From Acidimicrobiales bacterium (lineage in GTDB: Bacteria; Actinomycetota; Acidimicrobiia; Acidimicrobiales; VFJN01): a stretch of DNA of 64,000 nt. The stretch is from NCBI GenBank assembly GCA_050744325.1, contig JBOGHK010000015.1, positions 11,998 to 75,997 of the forward strand. Direction: 5' to 3'. This document shows, piece after piece, positions 37,256 through 47,625 of the stretch. The position numbers and the translations under genes were made by a program. The notes beneath the pieces were generated by a model. The model was not told the DNA's origin, made no database searches, and saw only the letters and a list, made by a program, of their open reading frames with translations. Within the stretch, counting starts at the first letter, position 1, and every line of letters starts with the position of its first letter.

Positions 37256-37963
37256 ATGCTGGTTGGTGCGGAGCGGAGGTGCGCGTACGGCACACTGACG
37301 AACGTGACTGGTCAGACCCTCGGACGCATCGTGTCGGTCAACGTCGGCGTGCCGCGCTCCGTCGAGTGGCACGGGCGCGAGGTGACCAGTGCCATCTGGA
37401 AGTCGCCGGTCGACGGCCCGGTCGCGGTCCGGGGCCACAACCTGGCCGGTGACCGCCAGGCCGACCTCCGGGTCCATGGCGGAGCCGACAAGGCGGTGTA
37501 CGCGTACGCCGTGGAGGACTACGACTGGTGGGCCGAGATGCTGCCGCTCACCGACTTCAGCCCGGCGACCTTCGGCGAGAACCTCACCACCAGAGGGTTC
37601 GACCCGGCACAGGCGGTGATCGGCGAGCGCTGGCGGGTCGGCTCGGCGATCCTCGAGGTCTGTCAGCCGAGGTTCCCGTGCGCCAAGCTCGGCATGCGCA
37701 TGGGTGACACGGCGTTCGTCGACCGGTTCGCCCAGGCCCGCCGCCCCGGCGCCTACCTGCGCATCGTGGACGAGGGCGTGGTCCAGGCGGACGATCGTGT
37801 CACGATGCTCTCCCGGCCCGACCATGGGCTGCGGATCCTCGACCTGGTGGTCGGCCAGCGCGACCGTGACGCGCCCACCGATCTGTTGAAGCGGATCGCT
37901 GCCAACGATCTGGTGCCCGAGGGCTATCGGGCCATCGCCACCCGCGCCCTCGCCCGCCGCTGA
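37256..37963 (+). CDS. MOSC-domain protein (YiiM-like)
   Basis: MOSC core with conserved Cys CQPRFPCAKLG and GAYLRIVDEG. Start uncertain. Confidence 0.7.
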   Translation: MLVGAERRCAYGTLTNVTGQTLGRIVSVNVGVPRSVEWHGREVTSAIWKSPVDGPVAVRGHNLAGDRQADLRVHGGADKAVYAYAVEDYDWWAEMLPLTDFSPATFGENLTTRGFDPAQAVIGERWRVGSAILEVCQPRFPCAKLGMRMGDTAFVDRFAQARRPGAYLRIVDEGVVQADDRVTMLSRPDHGLRILDLVVGQRDRDAPTDLLKRIAANDLVPEGYRAIATRALARR

Positions 37964-37980
37964 ACCCCGCCACCCCGCGG

Positions 37981-38586
37981 TCAGGCATCCAGGAGCGCGT
38001 GCACCTGCAGTTGCAACCACCCGCGCCGGGCATCCTCGGTATCGAACCCATCCAGGGTGCGGTTCACCTCATCAACCGTGCCCTGCAGAGCCGCGGGATC
38101 GAATCCTGACAGCGTGCGCGGCAAGTGAGCGAGTGCCCCCGGGACGACGGCGTGGGCCCCAGCTGCGAGGCTCCGTTCGATGTCCCGTCCAGTCCCATGC
38201 CACAGCACGAAATCCTCACCCACCACCCGCCGCAGCTCGGCAACCTCGGTCGGACTGGCCTTGAGACCTTCGCTCCGCTCAGGTCGACACCGCAGTCCTG
38301 CAGATCAAGGCATTTGAATGAGCGTTCTGCCTTCGAGGCGGCCGTGCGCTGTCTGGAGCACTACCGATTCGAGAGCCTGGGCGTCAGTCAGCATCGTCAG
38401 AAATGTCGGGCTGGCATCGACCGCCGTGTCGACCGACCGAACTACCTCCACGCCGGCCGGTCTCAGAGCTTCGGCTCTCTCCGCCGTCCGGTTGTACGCC
38501 GTAACGACAAAGCCGGCACCCGCCAGTGTCGTGGCGATCGGGCCGCCCATCAGGCCTGTGCCCAGGACAGTGATGCGCCGAGTCAT
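37981..38586 (-). pseudogene. 3-hydroxyisobutyrate/6-phosphogluconate dehydrogenase-like NAD(P)-binding ORF interrupted by an in-frame TGA (38305-38307) and apparently shortened
   Basis: N-terminal Rossmann motif MTRRITVLGTGLMGGPIATTLAGAGFVVTAYNRT, then a stop. The same frame continues 26 codons later into a C-terminal-like fragment. The total of about 200 aa compares with about 290 aa for intact family members. Confidence 0.4.
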
Positions 38587-38698
38587 GATCTCGCTTCCGC
38601 CTCCGCTAGGTCCGTCCACCGATGCAGCACCATACGTGCTGTCCGACTCACGATAGGTCACGGCCGTGGCCTGGGCACGCCAGTCGTACAGTGCCTCT

Positions 38699-41575
38699 AT
38701 GACTCGCCGTGTCCATGTGGTGCCGCACACGCATTGGGACCGGGAGTGGTACCTGCCGTTCCAATCGTTCCGGCTCCGGCTGGTCGACGTGCTCGACGAC
38801 CTGTTGCCGCGGATGCAGCGCGACCCCTCCTACGCTCGCTTCCTTCTCGACGGGCAGCTGGCGGTGGTCGACGACTACCTGGCGGTGCGGCCCGAAGCGG
38901 CCGAGACGCTGCGCGACCTGGTCGGCTGTGGCCGGATCGCGGTCGGGCCGTGGTACACGCTGCCGGACGAGTTCCTGGTCTCGGGTGAGACGCTGATCCG
39001 CGACCTGCAGCATGGCCTGCGGACTGCCGCTCGCTATGGCGGTGCGATGACCGTCGGCTACCTGCCCGACATGTTCGGCCATGTCGCCCAGATGCCCCAG
39101 ATCCTCCGCCAGTTCGGCCTCGACCAGGCGGTCGTCTGGCGTGGAGTGCCCAACGCCGTCGACCGCACCGGCTTCTGGTGGGAGGCGCCCGACGGCTCGA
39201 CGGTACGGGCCGAGTACCTGCCCCAGGGCTACGGCAACGGCGCCGACCTTCCCGACGACGCCAAGGCGCTGGTCCGCCAGGTCGCCGAGTTCGACCAGCT
39301 GTGGTCCGGGGCTCTGGCCGACGGCCCGATCCTGTGGATGAACGGCACCGACCACCAAGCGCCGCAGTCGTGGTTGGGACGGGTGGTCGCCGAAGCCGAC
39401 ACCATCCAGGACGACTACGAGATCGTCGTCGCGTCGTTGCCCGAGCACCTGGCGCTCGCCTCGGTCGAGGGCCTGCCGACCTGGCAGGGCGAGCTGCGGT
39501 CCGGCGCACGCGCCAACCTGCTGATGGGCGTCACCTCCAACCGGGTGGACGTACGGCAGGCCGCGGCCCGAGCGGAACGGGCGCTCGAACAGCTCGCCGA
39601 GCCGCTGGCGGCGCTGTACCTCCCGGACACCGGCTGGCCGGCCGCACTGCTGGACGAGGCATGGCTGGGTGTCGTACGCAACGCAGCCCACGACTCGGTG
39701 TGCGCCTGCTCGGTCGACGAGGTGGTCGACGCCGTCCTGCACCGCTACGCCGAGGCCACCCAGATCGCCGACGGCCTGACCGAGCGGGCACTACGCCAGC
39801 TAGGCGCACAGATCGCCCACGACGGGCCCGTGGTGGTGAACCCGTCGGCCCGTCACCGCGACGGGCTGGTCGAGCTGACCCTTCCCGGCGAGGCTGCGCC
39901 ACCAGGCACCCAGCTGCTGCGGTCACGTCGGGCCGAGCGGATCCTTCTGGAGGGCCCGGTGGACCTGGTGGTCCCCGCCGCCGAGGAGGTCGGCTGGGAC
40001 CGCTCGATCGACTCCTTCGCCCTCGAGGCCGACGACGGCACGGTGCTCGTGACCGGCGATCGAGATCGCGACCGCGGCGCGCTGATCACCCCTGGCGTGC
40101 GCGCCGCGCTGGCGGCCGTCGACCATCCTGGGCCGGTCCGCCTCCGGGTGCGGCGGCAGCCCATGGTGACCGTCCTCGCCCACGTCGCCGAGGTGCCCGG
40201 GTTCGGCTGGTCCGGTTGGACGCCCGACGCTGCGGCCGTAGACGCGGCCCGGCCGCCGACGACGACAGGCCCACCGGACGTCTCGGTCGGCACAGGCCCA
40301 CCGGACGCCTCGGTCGGCACAGCGACCGCCCCACCAGCGTCGGTCGAGGCGGGCACGACCGTGCTGGACAACGGCCTGGTTTGCATCGAGGTCGATCCGG
40401 GCGACGGCACGTTCAGCCTGAATGGCCAGGCCGGGCTGGGACGGCTGGTGGACGGCGGTGACTGCGGCGACACCTACAACTGGTGTCCACCCGCCGACGA
40501 CCGACTGGTCGACACGCCCGAGAGCGTCGAGGTCGTGGCCACCGAGACCGGGCCGCTGCGGGGACGGCTGCAGGTATCGGCCCGCTACCGCTGGCCCGAG
40601 CGCTGCGATCGGGCGGGATTCGGTCCACGAGCGGGCGCTGCGCCTGGATCGGCCTCGGCTGGGCAGTGGGCCCGGGTGGGCGAGGTCGTCCACACCGTGG
40701 TCACCACGCTCGAACTGCGGGCCGGCGAGGGGTTCGTCCGGGTCGAGGTGCGAGTCGACAACCGCAGCCGCGACCATCGGCTGAGGGCCCACTTCCGGCT
40801 CCCTCATCCGGCAACGGCCTCGCGGGCGGAGTGCGCGTTCGCCGTCGTCGAGCGGGGGCTCGACGCCGAGGGCGGCCCGACCGAGGCGCCCCTGGCGACA
40901 TACCCGGCCCGGCGCTTCGTCCAGGCCGGTGACCTGACCGTGGTTCACGAGGGTGTGGCCGAATACGAGCTCCTCGCCGAGCCGGGTCCAGACGAGCCGG
41001 CCTCAACCGAGGTCACCGTCGCCGGACCGGCGCCAGCCGACCCGGGTCCGAGCCGACCGGCTCCGGCTGAGCTGGGACGTGAGGATCGGGCGGGGCCTCC
41101 GACTGCGGGGGCCGGCGCAGCGAGTGAGCTGGCACTGACCGTGTTGCGGGCGTCCGGGATGTTGTCGCAGGGGCCGATGTTCACCCGACCGCTCCCGGCA
41201 GGGCCGCTGATCCCGCTGGAAGGATCCCAGCTCCAGAAGCCGATCACGTTCCGCTACGCGCTGGCCACCGGTGAGGTCGATCCGTTCGCGATGGCCGACA
41301 CCGTGTTGGTGCCCCTCCTCGTGGCCGACGGCACGACCACCGGTCGGCTGCCGGCGTCGGGGACCCAGCTCACCATCGCGGGTGCGGAGGTCTCGGCCGT
41401 CCGGCGCGAGGGCGGCGGCCTGCGCGTGCGGGTGTTCAACCCCGGGCCCGCGCCCACAATCGTGACGGTTGCTGGGCGCCAAGGGTGGCTGGTCGACCTC
41501 CGCGGCCGACCCCTCGAGCCCTTCGACGAACGCTTCGAGCTACGCGCCTGGGGCATCGCCACCCTCGCCATCTGA
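38699..41575 (+). CDS. Glycoside hydrolase family 38 (alpha-mannosidase / mannosylglycerate hydrolase-like)
   Basis: GH38 N-terminal signature VHVVPHTHWDREWY, DGGDCGDTYNW, and a C-terminal beta-sandwich. Confidence 0.8.
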   Translation: MTRRVHVVPHTHWDREWYLPFQSFRLRLVDVLDDLLPRMQRDPSYARFLLDGQLAVVDDYLAVRPEAAETLRDLVGCGRIAVGPWYTLPDEFLVSGETLIRDLQHGLRTAARYGGAMTVGYLPDMFGHVAQMPQILRQFGLDQAVVWRGVPNAVDRTGFWWEAPDGSTVRAEYLPQGYGNGADLPDDAKALVRQVAEFDQLWSGALADGPILWMNGTDHQAPQSWLGRVVAEADTIQDDYEIVVASLPEHLALASVEGLPTWQGELRSGARANLLMGVTSNRVDVRQAAARAERALEQLAEPLAALYLPDTGWPAALLDEAWLGVVRNAAHDSVCACSVDEVVDAVLHRYAEATQIADGLTERALRQLGAQIAHDGPVVVNPSARHRDGLVELTLPGEAAPPGTQLLRSRRAERILLEGPVDLVVPAAEEVGWDRSIDSFALEADDGTVLVTGDRDRDRGALITPGVRAALAAVDHPGPVRLRVRRQPMVTVLAHVAEVPGFGWSGWTPDAAAVDAARPPTTTGPPDVSVGTGPPDASVGTATAPPASVEAGTTVLDNGLVCIEVDPGDGTFSLNGQAGLGRLVDGGDCGDTYNWCPPADDRLVDTPESVEVVATETGPLRGRLQVSARYRWPERCDRAGFGPRAGAAPGSASAGQWARVGEVVHTVVTTLELRAGEGFVRVEVRVDNRSRDHRLRAHFRLPHPATASRAECAFAVVERGLDAEGGPTEAPLATYPARRFVQAGDLTVVHEGVAEYELLAEPGPDEPASTEVTVAGPAPADPGPSRPAPAELGREDRAGPPTAGAGAASELALTVLRASGMLSQGPMFTRPLPAGPLIPLEGSQLQKPITFRYALATGEVDPFAMADTVLVPLLVADGTTTGRLPASGTQLTIAGAEVSAVRREGGGLRVRVFNPGPAPTIVTVAGRQGWLVDLRGRPLEPFDERFELRAWGIATLAI

Positions 41576-41612
41576 CCAGCCAGGGATCCGGAGGCGACCG
41601 TGGTCACGAAGG

Positions 41613-43982
41613 TCAGCGGAGATCCCGGGGTGCCGGCGCCGACAGCAAGGCCTCGCCCGACCGATCAGCCGTCGACCACCCCGCGTCGAGCCCCGGCGCC
41701 GTCAAGCGAACGGGCTGGTGGTCACCCAGGTCGGGGTGTGGCCGCAGCTCCCAGAGCAACGCCGGTCGTTCGCCGTGCCAGCGCACCGCATACGACAGCA
41801 GCCCCGAGGCCGTCGGCGCGTCGTGCACCTCCCAGTTCCGACCGAGCCACGCATCCGGGAGCGCGGACGCCAGCGCCAGCCCGTCGCGGGTATCACGCAC
41901 CACCAGGTCACGGACGAGCGACAGGAAGTCCGCCGCTGCCCAACCATGGTGCCCGTCGCCCATGCAGCCCCCCGGCAGACGGGGATGGACCGCCTCGGGC
42001 CAGGTCCAGGTCGGGGTGGCCACCTCGGTCATCCACGCGAGCCGGTCGAGGCAGCGCCGGTCGCCGGCGGCCAGCTCCACCGCGGCCAGTTGCATGGTCA
42101 GGTAAGTGCCTAGGCCCGTATGGCTGATGCCCTGGTAGAAGGCCCGCCCGTCGGCCTGGCTGAAGCGGTCGCGGATCAGCTCGGTGGTCGCCTGGATGCG
42201 GGGGTCGTCCGCGGGGAGCAGGTCGAGGGGCCAGCACGCGACCAGTGACCCGATCACCCCCGGGTCGATCCGGCGTCGCGGCCCGGCCGGCACGACCGCG
42301 GTGCCGAGCCGCTTCGCGGTGTGGTCCAGGGACCGCTCGACGTCGGCCCACATCGCGGTCGCGAACCGCTCGGCGTCAGCAGCGGCGTCCAGCTGGTCGA
42401 CGGCGGCCAGCAGCTCGGCACCGGCGCGTAGGCCGGCCACTGCCCAGAAGTCGTCCCAGTAGAAGTAGTCGAACGGGCCGAGGTGCTCGGCCGAGACCCC
42501 GGGAGGCAGCAGACCGACGAGCCGCTCGTCGCGCCGCCGCTTGGTGTGGCGCTTGCGCTCGATCCAGTGCACGCCCTTCGCGATCGGCCCCACCATTGCT
42601 TCGACCTGGGCCCGGTCGCGGGTCAGGCGCCAATGGTTGGCCATCGTCCACAGCGCGGCGCCGTTGGCGTCCCACTCCTGGCGCTGGCTGAAGAAGAAGC
42701 CGTCCGAGCGCTGCCGACCCGGGTAGCTCGCCAGCACCCCCGCCACCTCGTCGTGGAAGCCGTAGCGGTCGAGGGCAGCAAGCATGTAGGCCGCGTCCCG
42801 GAACCAGAAGCGGTGGTAGGTCGACGGGCCGGGTGTGATCTCGTCGCCGTCGAGCAGCAGCAGCATGAATCGCCGGTTGGCGTCGATCGCCTCGGTGAGC
42901 TGCGGGTCCGGTAAGTCGAGCTGCATGCCCTGCCGGCTCTGGGCCTGCCAGCCGCTGGCGACGTTGGCGGCGCTGGGAACCGCCTTGGGGAAGGCGGGCG
43001 CCTTGGCCACCCGACGGCGAGCGAGACCCCGGCGACGCGTGCGGCTCTCGGGGACCAGCGGCAGTGCGACGCGCAGCGTCGCCCCGTGGGCGAGCGGGTA
43101 GACGAACGCGGCCTGGGCCAGCCCGGCGACGCAGCGGACCGAGCCTGGCCAGGCCTCGGTGGCCTTTCCGTCCATCACCACCGCCGCCGAGTCGCCGTCG
43201 TGGAACGTCGACGCCGCGAAGCGCGACGGCGGCTTCGGCAACAGCAGCGCGACCCGCCCGTCTACGGTGGCCGTCGTGTCGTCGTGGAGGCTGACCCGCT
43301 CGATGACTGACAAGCCCTCGGGGTTGTAGGGACGGATCGCCAACGCGAGCGCGAACGGCAGCTTGGACCGGTTCTCGAGCTCGACCATGACGACCTCGTC
43401 GGTGCCTGCGGCGTCGCTGGTGGTCTCCTGGGACGAACGCCGGATCGCGTACACCCGCTGGATCGCGTCGCCGCCCGGGATGCGCAGCGCGGTCTCGACC
43501 ACCGGCGTCGCGTCCACCAGGCGCTGCCGCACGGCGACTTCGCGGGCCGGGACGTGCCAGCGGTCCTCGGCCCCGATCCACCAGTCCAGCGACCAGCCGT
43601 CGAACCACGGGGTGACCAGGCCGCGCGGGTCGACGATCGCCTCCCACGCCGAATCGAGGTTGCCGACCGCGGTCCAGTTGCGGTGGGTCATGTTGGTGAG
43701 GAACGGCAGGTGGCCCCGCGGGACGAACGCCGAGGACGCCGGGTCGAGCTGGCGCTCGAGCCAGTAGGGCCACACCCAGTCGCTCCCGATCTGGGCGGCG
43801 GCCCGGGTGCGCAACGCCCGGAACACCGTGCGGGCGCCGACCGGGAGCAGCTCGTTGGGCAGCTCCACCTCGAACTGCTCGCCGAGGCGCTGGAACGTCG
43901 AGAGATGGCGAACGATGTCGTCGGTGATGCGTAGTCGAGACGCCGCGAAACGGAGCAGTGCGGCCTTGGGGCGACGGAGCAT
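41613..43982 (-). CDS. Amylo-alpha-1,6-glucosidase / GH63-related (alpha/alpha)6-barrel glycosidase (glycogen-debranching-enzyme-like)
   Basis: YHRFWFRDAAYMLAALDRYGFHDE and FDYFYWDDFWAVAGL are typical of GDE_C/GH63-clan catalytic barrels. Start at M212 of the listed ORF (ATG 43982). Confidence 0.65.
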   Translation of the reverse strand: MLRRPKAALLRFAASRLRITDDIVRHLSTFQRLGEQFEVELPNELLPVGARTVFRALRTRAAAQIGSDWVWPYWLERQLDPASSAFVPRGHLPFLTNMTHRNWTAVGNLDSAWEAIVDPRGLVTPWFDGWSLDWWIGAEDRWHVPAREVAVRQRLVDATPVVETALRIPGGDAIQRVYAIRRSSQETTSDAAGTDEVVMVELENRSKLPFALALAIRPYNPEGLSVIERVSLHDDTTATVDGRVALLLPKPPSRFAASTFHDGDSAAVVMDGKATEAWPGSVRCVAGLAQAAFVYPLAHGATLRVALPLVPESRTRRRGLARRRVAKAPAFPKAVPSAANVASGWQAQSRQGMQLDLPDPQLTEAIDANRRFMLLLLDGDEITPGPSTYHRFWFRDAAYMLAALDRYGFHDEVAGVLASYPGRQRSDGFFFSQRQEWDANGAALWTMANHWRLTRDRAQVEAMVGPIAKGVHWIERKRHTKRRRDERLVGLLPPGVSAEHLGPFDYFYWDDFWAVAGLRAGAELLAAVDQLDAAADAERFATAMWADVERSLDHTAKRLGTAVVPAGPRRRIDPGVIGSLVACWPLDLLPADDPRIQATTELIRDRFSQADGRAFYQGISHTGLGTYLTMQLAAVELAAGDRRCLDRLAWMTEVATPTWTWPEAVHPRLPGGCMGDGHHGWAAADFLSLVRDLVVRDTRDGLALASALPDAWLGRNWEVHDAPTASGLLSYAVRWHGERPALLWELRPHPDLGDHQPVRLTAPGLDAGWSTADRSGEALLSAPAPRDLR

Positions 43983-44135
43983 GAGCAACCCCAACCTAAC
44001 CCTGTGGGCGCCGGGGCCGTTCTCGCTGGTACCACCGCAGCCGTCGTCCCTGCGCGGTCGCGCGCGGAGGGCCCAGGCTCGACGATCGAGTCGCATGGAC
44101 TGCGCCGGACGGGCCGGCAGGTAGCGTGTCCGCCC

Positions 44136-45131
44136 ATGCCGATCCGCGTAGCCGTCGTGGGCGGCGGATCGTGGGGCACGACGGTGGCGGCCCTGGCCAG
44201 CCGCAACGTCCCGACGACGCTGTGGTGCCGGCGCCCCGAGCTGGCAGCGGCGATCACCGCCGACCGCTGCAACCGCGACTACCTCGGTGACTTCGTGCTC
44301 CCCGACGACCTCGTGGCCACCGCGTCCCTGGAGGAGGCGGTCGCGTCGGCCGACGTGCTGGTGATGGGGGTCCCGTCGCACGGGATGCGGGCCACGTTGC
44401 GCGAGCTCGCCCCGTATCTCCGGGCGTGGGTGCCGGTGGTGAGCCTGGCGAAGGGCCTGGAGCAGGGCACCCACCTGCGGATGACCGAGCTGATCACCGA
44501 CGAGCTGCCCGGCCACCCCACCGGCGTGCTGACCGGCCCGAACCTGGCCAGGGAGATCCTGTCCGGCCACGCGGCCGCGTCGGTTGTGGCGTTCAGCGAC
44601 AACCATGTCGCCCACGAGCTGCAGCGGGTCTTCGCCGGCGAGCTGTTCCGCGTCTACACCAACGGCGACGTGGTCGGCTGCGAGATCGCCGGCGCGCTGA
44701 AGAACGTGATCGCCATCGCGTCGGGGATGGCAGACGGGCTGGGCACGGGCGACAACACGCGGGCGGCCGTGATCACCCGCGGGCTGGCCGAGCTCTCCCG
44801 TCTCGGGACCGCGATGGGCGGGCAGCCGGCGACGTTCTTCGGGCTGGCTGGTATGGGCGACCTCGTGGCGACCTGCATCTCACGCCAGAGCCGCAACCGC
44901 TACGTGGGCGAGCAGCTCGGGCTGGGGCGGAGCATCGACGAGGTGATCGCGGAGATGAAGATGGTCGCCGAGGGGGTCAAGACCTCCAAGGTGGTCGTCG
45001 AGCTGGCCGAACGCTACGAGGTCGAGATGCCGATCGCCGCCGAGGTGTTCGGGGTGATCTACCAGGGCCGCACAGCGGTCGACGCCTATCGTGGCCTGTT
45101 GCGCCGAGCGTCCGGCCCTGAGCTCGGCTGA
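44136..45131 (+). CDS. gpsA: NAD(P)H-dependent glycerol-3-phosphate dehydrogenase
   Basis: VAVVGGGSWGTTVA Rossmann motif and a GpsA C-terminal domain. Confidence 0.9.
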   Translation: MPIRVAVVGGGSWGTTVAALASRNVPTTLWCRRPELAAAITADRCNRDYLGDFVLPDDLVATASLEEAVASADVLVMGVPSHGMRATLRELAPYLRAWVPVVSLAKGLEQGTHLRMTELITDELPGHPTGVLTGPNLAREILSGHAAASVVAFSDNHVAHELQRVFAGELFRVYTNGDVVGCEIAGALKNVIAIASGMADGLGTGDNTRAAVITRGLAELSRLGTAMGGQPATFFGLAGMGDLVATCISRQSRNRYVGEQLGLGRSIDEVIAEMKMVAEGVKTSKVVVELAERYEVEMPIAAEVFGVIYQGRTAVDAYRGLLRRASGPELG

Positions 45132-45293
45132 CCCTTGTGCCGAGGCCGGCTGTAGCGCCCGGCAGCGACTGTCGTTGGCGGCGCCCGGTGGCGGCAGCGG
45201 CCGTTCTGTGACCCGATGCGTCGCGCGATCGCGCGACATTCCTGGTCACAGAACGGGATGGGGCGGGCACGAGCACCGTTAACCTGTGCCGCG

Positions 45294-45878
45294 ATGCCGT
45301 CCGCCGCAGTGGTCGTGCCGGTCAAGGCGTTCCGGGCGGCCAAGCTCCGCCTGGCGCCCGCGCTCGAACCCCCCGCCCGAGCGGCTCTGGCCCGCGGGAT
45401 GGCCGACGTCGTCGTCGCCGCCGCGGCGCCCCTGCCCGTGGTCGTGGTGTGCGACGACGAGGATGTCCGGACCTGGGCCGACGCCGCCGGGGCCGATGTG
45501 GTCTGGTGCCCGGGCCGGGGGCTAAACGGCGCCGTGGCCGACGGCGTCGCGTGGCTCCGCCGGCACGAGGTCACGACGGCGATCGTCGCGCACGCCGACC
45601 TGCCGCTGGCGACGAGCCTGGCGTGGGTGGCGCGGTTCCCCGGGGTCACCCTGATCCCCGACCGGCGCCGCGACGGCACCAACGTGGCTGCTGTTCCTAC
45701 CGATGCCGGGTTCCAGTTCGCCTACGGACCCGGGTCGTTCGCCCGCCACCAGGCCGAGGCGGCCCGGCTGCTGCTGCCCGTGCGGGTCGTCCACGACGGT
45801 GCCTTGGGCTGGGATGTCGACGTGCCCGGCGACCTCGCCTGGCCCCGGCCGCAACCGCACCGTCAGGCGACGGCATGA
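45294..45878 (+). CDS. fbiD: 2-phospho-L-lactate / PEP guanylyltransferase (CofC/FbiD), F420 biosynthesis
   Basis: VVPVKAFRAAKLRL N-terminal signature. Sits adjacent to gpsA, as in mycobacteria. Confidence 0.75.
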   Translation: MPSAAVVVPVKAFRAAKLRLAPALEPPARAALARGMADVVVAAAAPLPVVVVCDDEDVRTWADAAGADVVWCPGRGLNGAVADGVAWLRRHEVTTAIVAHADLPLATSLAWVARFPGVTLIPDRRRDGTNVAAVPTDAGFQFAYGPGSFARHQAEAARLLLPVRVVHDGALGWDVDVPGDLAWPRPQPHRQATA

Positions 45879-46618
45879 GGCGACCCTCGGTCGACCTCCC
45901 CATGCCCGGCCAGGCGCTCGCCGTCGGCGCGCATCCCGACGACGTCGACTTCCACTGCAGCGCAACCCTGGCCAAGTGGGCCGAGAGGGGTTGTGTGGTG
46001 CACTACCTGGTCTGCACCGACGGAGCCAAGGGCACCTGGGATCCGGATGCCGACCTCGCCGAGCTGGTCGCCGTCCGTCAGATCGAGCAGCGTGCCGCGG
46101 CCAAGGCGTTGGGGGCCACGGGCGAGGTGGTGTTCCTGGGCTGGCCCGACGGCGAGCTGGAGGACGGCCTTCGTCAGCGGTGGCAGATCAGCTACTGGAT
46201 CCGCCGGCTGAGGCCCGACGTCGTGCTGGGCCATGACCCGTGGAAGCGCTACCGGCTCCATCCCGACCATCGCCACGCCGGGTCCCTGACCGTCGACGGG
46301 ATCGTCGCGGCCCGCGACCCGCACTTCTTCCCCGAGCACGGCCTCGCCCACCACCGGCCCGCCGCGCTCCTGCTGTTCGAGGCCGAGGACGCCGACCACG
46401 TCGAGGTCGTCGACCAGTCCCACCTGGCCCGCAAGCTCGACGCGCTCGAGGCGCACCGCAGCCAGTTGCGGTCGACGATGTTCGTGGAGGAAGGCACGGC
46501 CGACGGCGCCGGGCAGCTCGAGGCGTTCCGCGCCCGGGTGCGCGATCGGGCCGCCGAGCACGGCGCGTCGGTCGGTGCCCCTTGGGGGGAGGCGTTCAAG
46601 CTCCTCGACGACCTCTGA
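45875..46618 (+). CDS. PIG-L/LmbE-family N-acetylglucosaminyl deacetylase
   Basis: LAVGAHPDDVDFHCSATLAKW and HPDHRHAG zinc-binding motifs. ATG overlaps the fbiD stop. Confidence 0.8.
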   Translation: MRRPSVDLPMPGQALAVGAHPDDVDFHCSATLAKWAERGCVVHYLVCTDGAKGTWDPDADLAELVAVRQIEQRAAAKALGATGEVVFLGWPDGELEDGLRQRWQISYWIRRLRPDVVLGHDPWKRYRLHPDHRHAGSLTVDGIVAARDPHFFPEHGLAHHRPAALLLFEAEDADHVEVVDQSHLARKLDALEAHRSQLRSTMFVEEGTADGAGQLEAFRARVRDRAAEHGASVGAPWGEAFKLLDDL

Positions 46619-46647
46619 TTCCGGCCAGTTCCCGGCCAGAAGGACGT

Positions 46648-47625
46648 TCACCCGAGGGTCGTGAGGTCGACGTTGCCGCCGCACACGAGCACCCCGACCC
46701 GCTCACCCGCCTCGGGGATATAGGCCTTGTCCAGCATGGCCGCCCAGGCCGCGGCCCCACCGGGCTCAGCGGCGACGCGGAACCGGGCCCATAGGTCGCG
46801 CTGTGCCCGAGCGATGGCGTCGTCGGGCACCAGCACCGACTGGTCCACGTGGTGCCGCGCCACCGCGAACGGCACTGCGCCGACGCTGCTCGCACCCAGC
46901 GAATCGGCAGCCAGGCCAGATACCTCGACCTCGACCGGCTGATCCGCGGCGAGGGCCGCATGCAACGCGGGGATGCGTTCCGGCTCCACGCCGACCACCC
47001 GCACCCGGCCGGCGAACCAGGCCGCGATCCCACCGATCAGCCCGGCGCCGCCGACCGCCACCAGCACCGTGTCGAGCGCGCCGTCGAGTTGCCGCTCCAG
47101 CTCGCGGCCACAGGTGCCCTGGCCAGCGACCACGTCGGGATCGTCGTACGCATGGCCAAGCAGCGCCCCGGTCTCTGCGGCCAGGTCGTAGCTCGTGGCC
47201 AGCGCGTCGGCGTAGACCCCGGGAACGACGACCACCTCGGCGCCGAGGTCGGCCAGCCGGCTGCGCTTCACGGGCGAGGTCACTGCAGGCACCACGATCG
47301 TGGCCCGAACTCCAAGCTCGCGGGCGACATAGGCGTACGCCGCCCCGGCATTGCCACCGGACGCCGCCACCACACCCGCCGGGGGCAGGTCGCCGTCCTG
47401 GGCGAGCATCCAGTTGAACACCCCGCGCGGCTTGAACGACCCCGTGTGCTGCAACAGCTCGAGCTTGAGGGTTACCGGAGAGGGCAAGCGGCCCTGGTCG
47501 TCGCCCACGTCGAGCACCGGCGTCGCTCGCACGCGCCCGGCGATCCGGTCGGCAGCCCGCTCGACGTCGGCGGGGCCCACCGGTGGATCCGTGGCCCTGC
47601 CCGTGCCTGTCCCTGCGCCAGCCAT
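46648..47625 (-). CDS. PLP-dependent threonine/serine dehydratase (fold-type II)
   Basis: PLP-Lys region LQHTGSFKPRG and glycine loop ASGGNAGAAYAY. Start at M132 of the listed ORF. ATG overlaps the upstream stop (TGATG). Confidence 0.8.
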   Translation of the reverse strand: MAGAGTGTGRATDPPVGPADVERAADRIAGRVRATPVLDVGDDQGRLPSPVTLKLELLQHTGSFKPRGVFNWMLAQDGDLPPAGVVAASGGNAGAAYAYVARELGVRATIVVPAVTSPVKRSRLADLGAEVVVVPGVYADALATSYDLAAETGALLGHAYDDPDVVAGQGTCGRELERQLDGALDTVLVAVGGAGLIGGIAAWFAGRVRVVGVEPERIPALHAALAADQPVEVEVSGLAADSLGASSVGAVPFAVARHHVDQSVLVPDDAIARAQRDLWARFRVAAEPGGAAAWAAMLDKAYIPEAGERVGVLVCGGNVDLTTLG

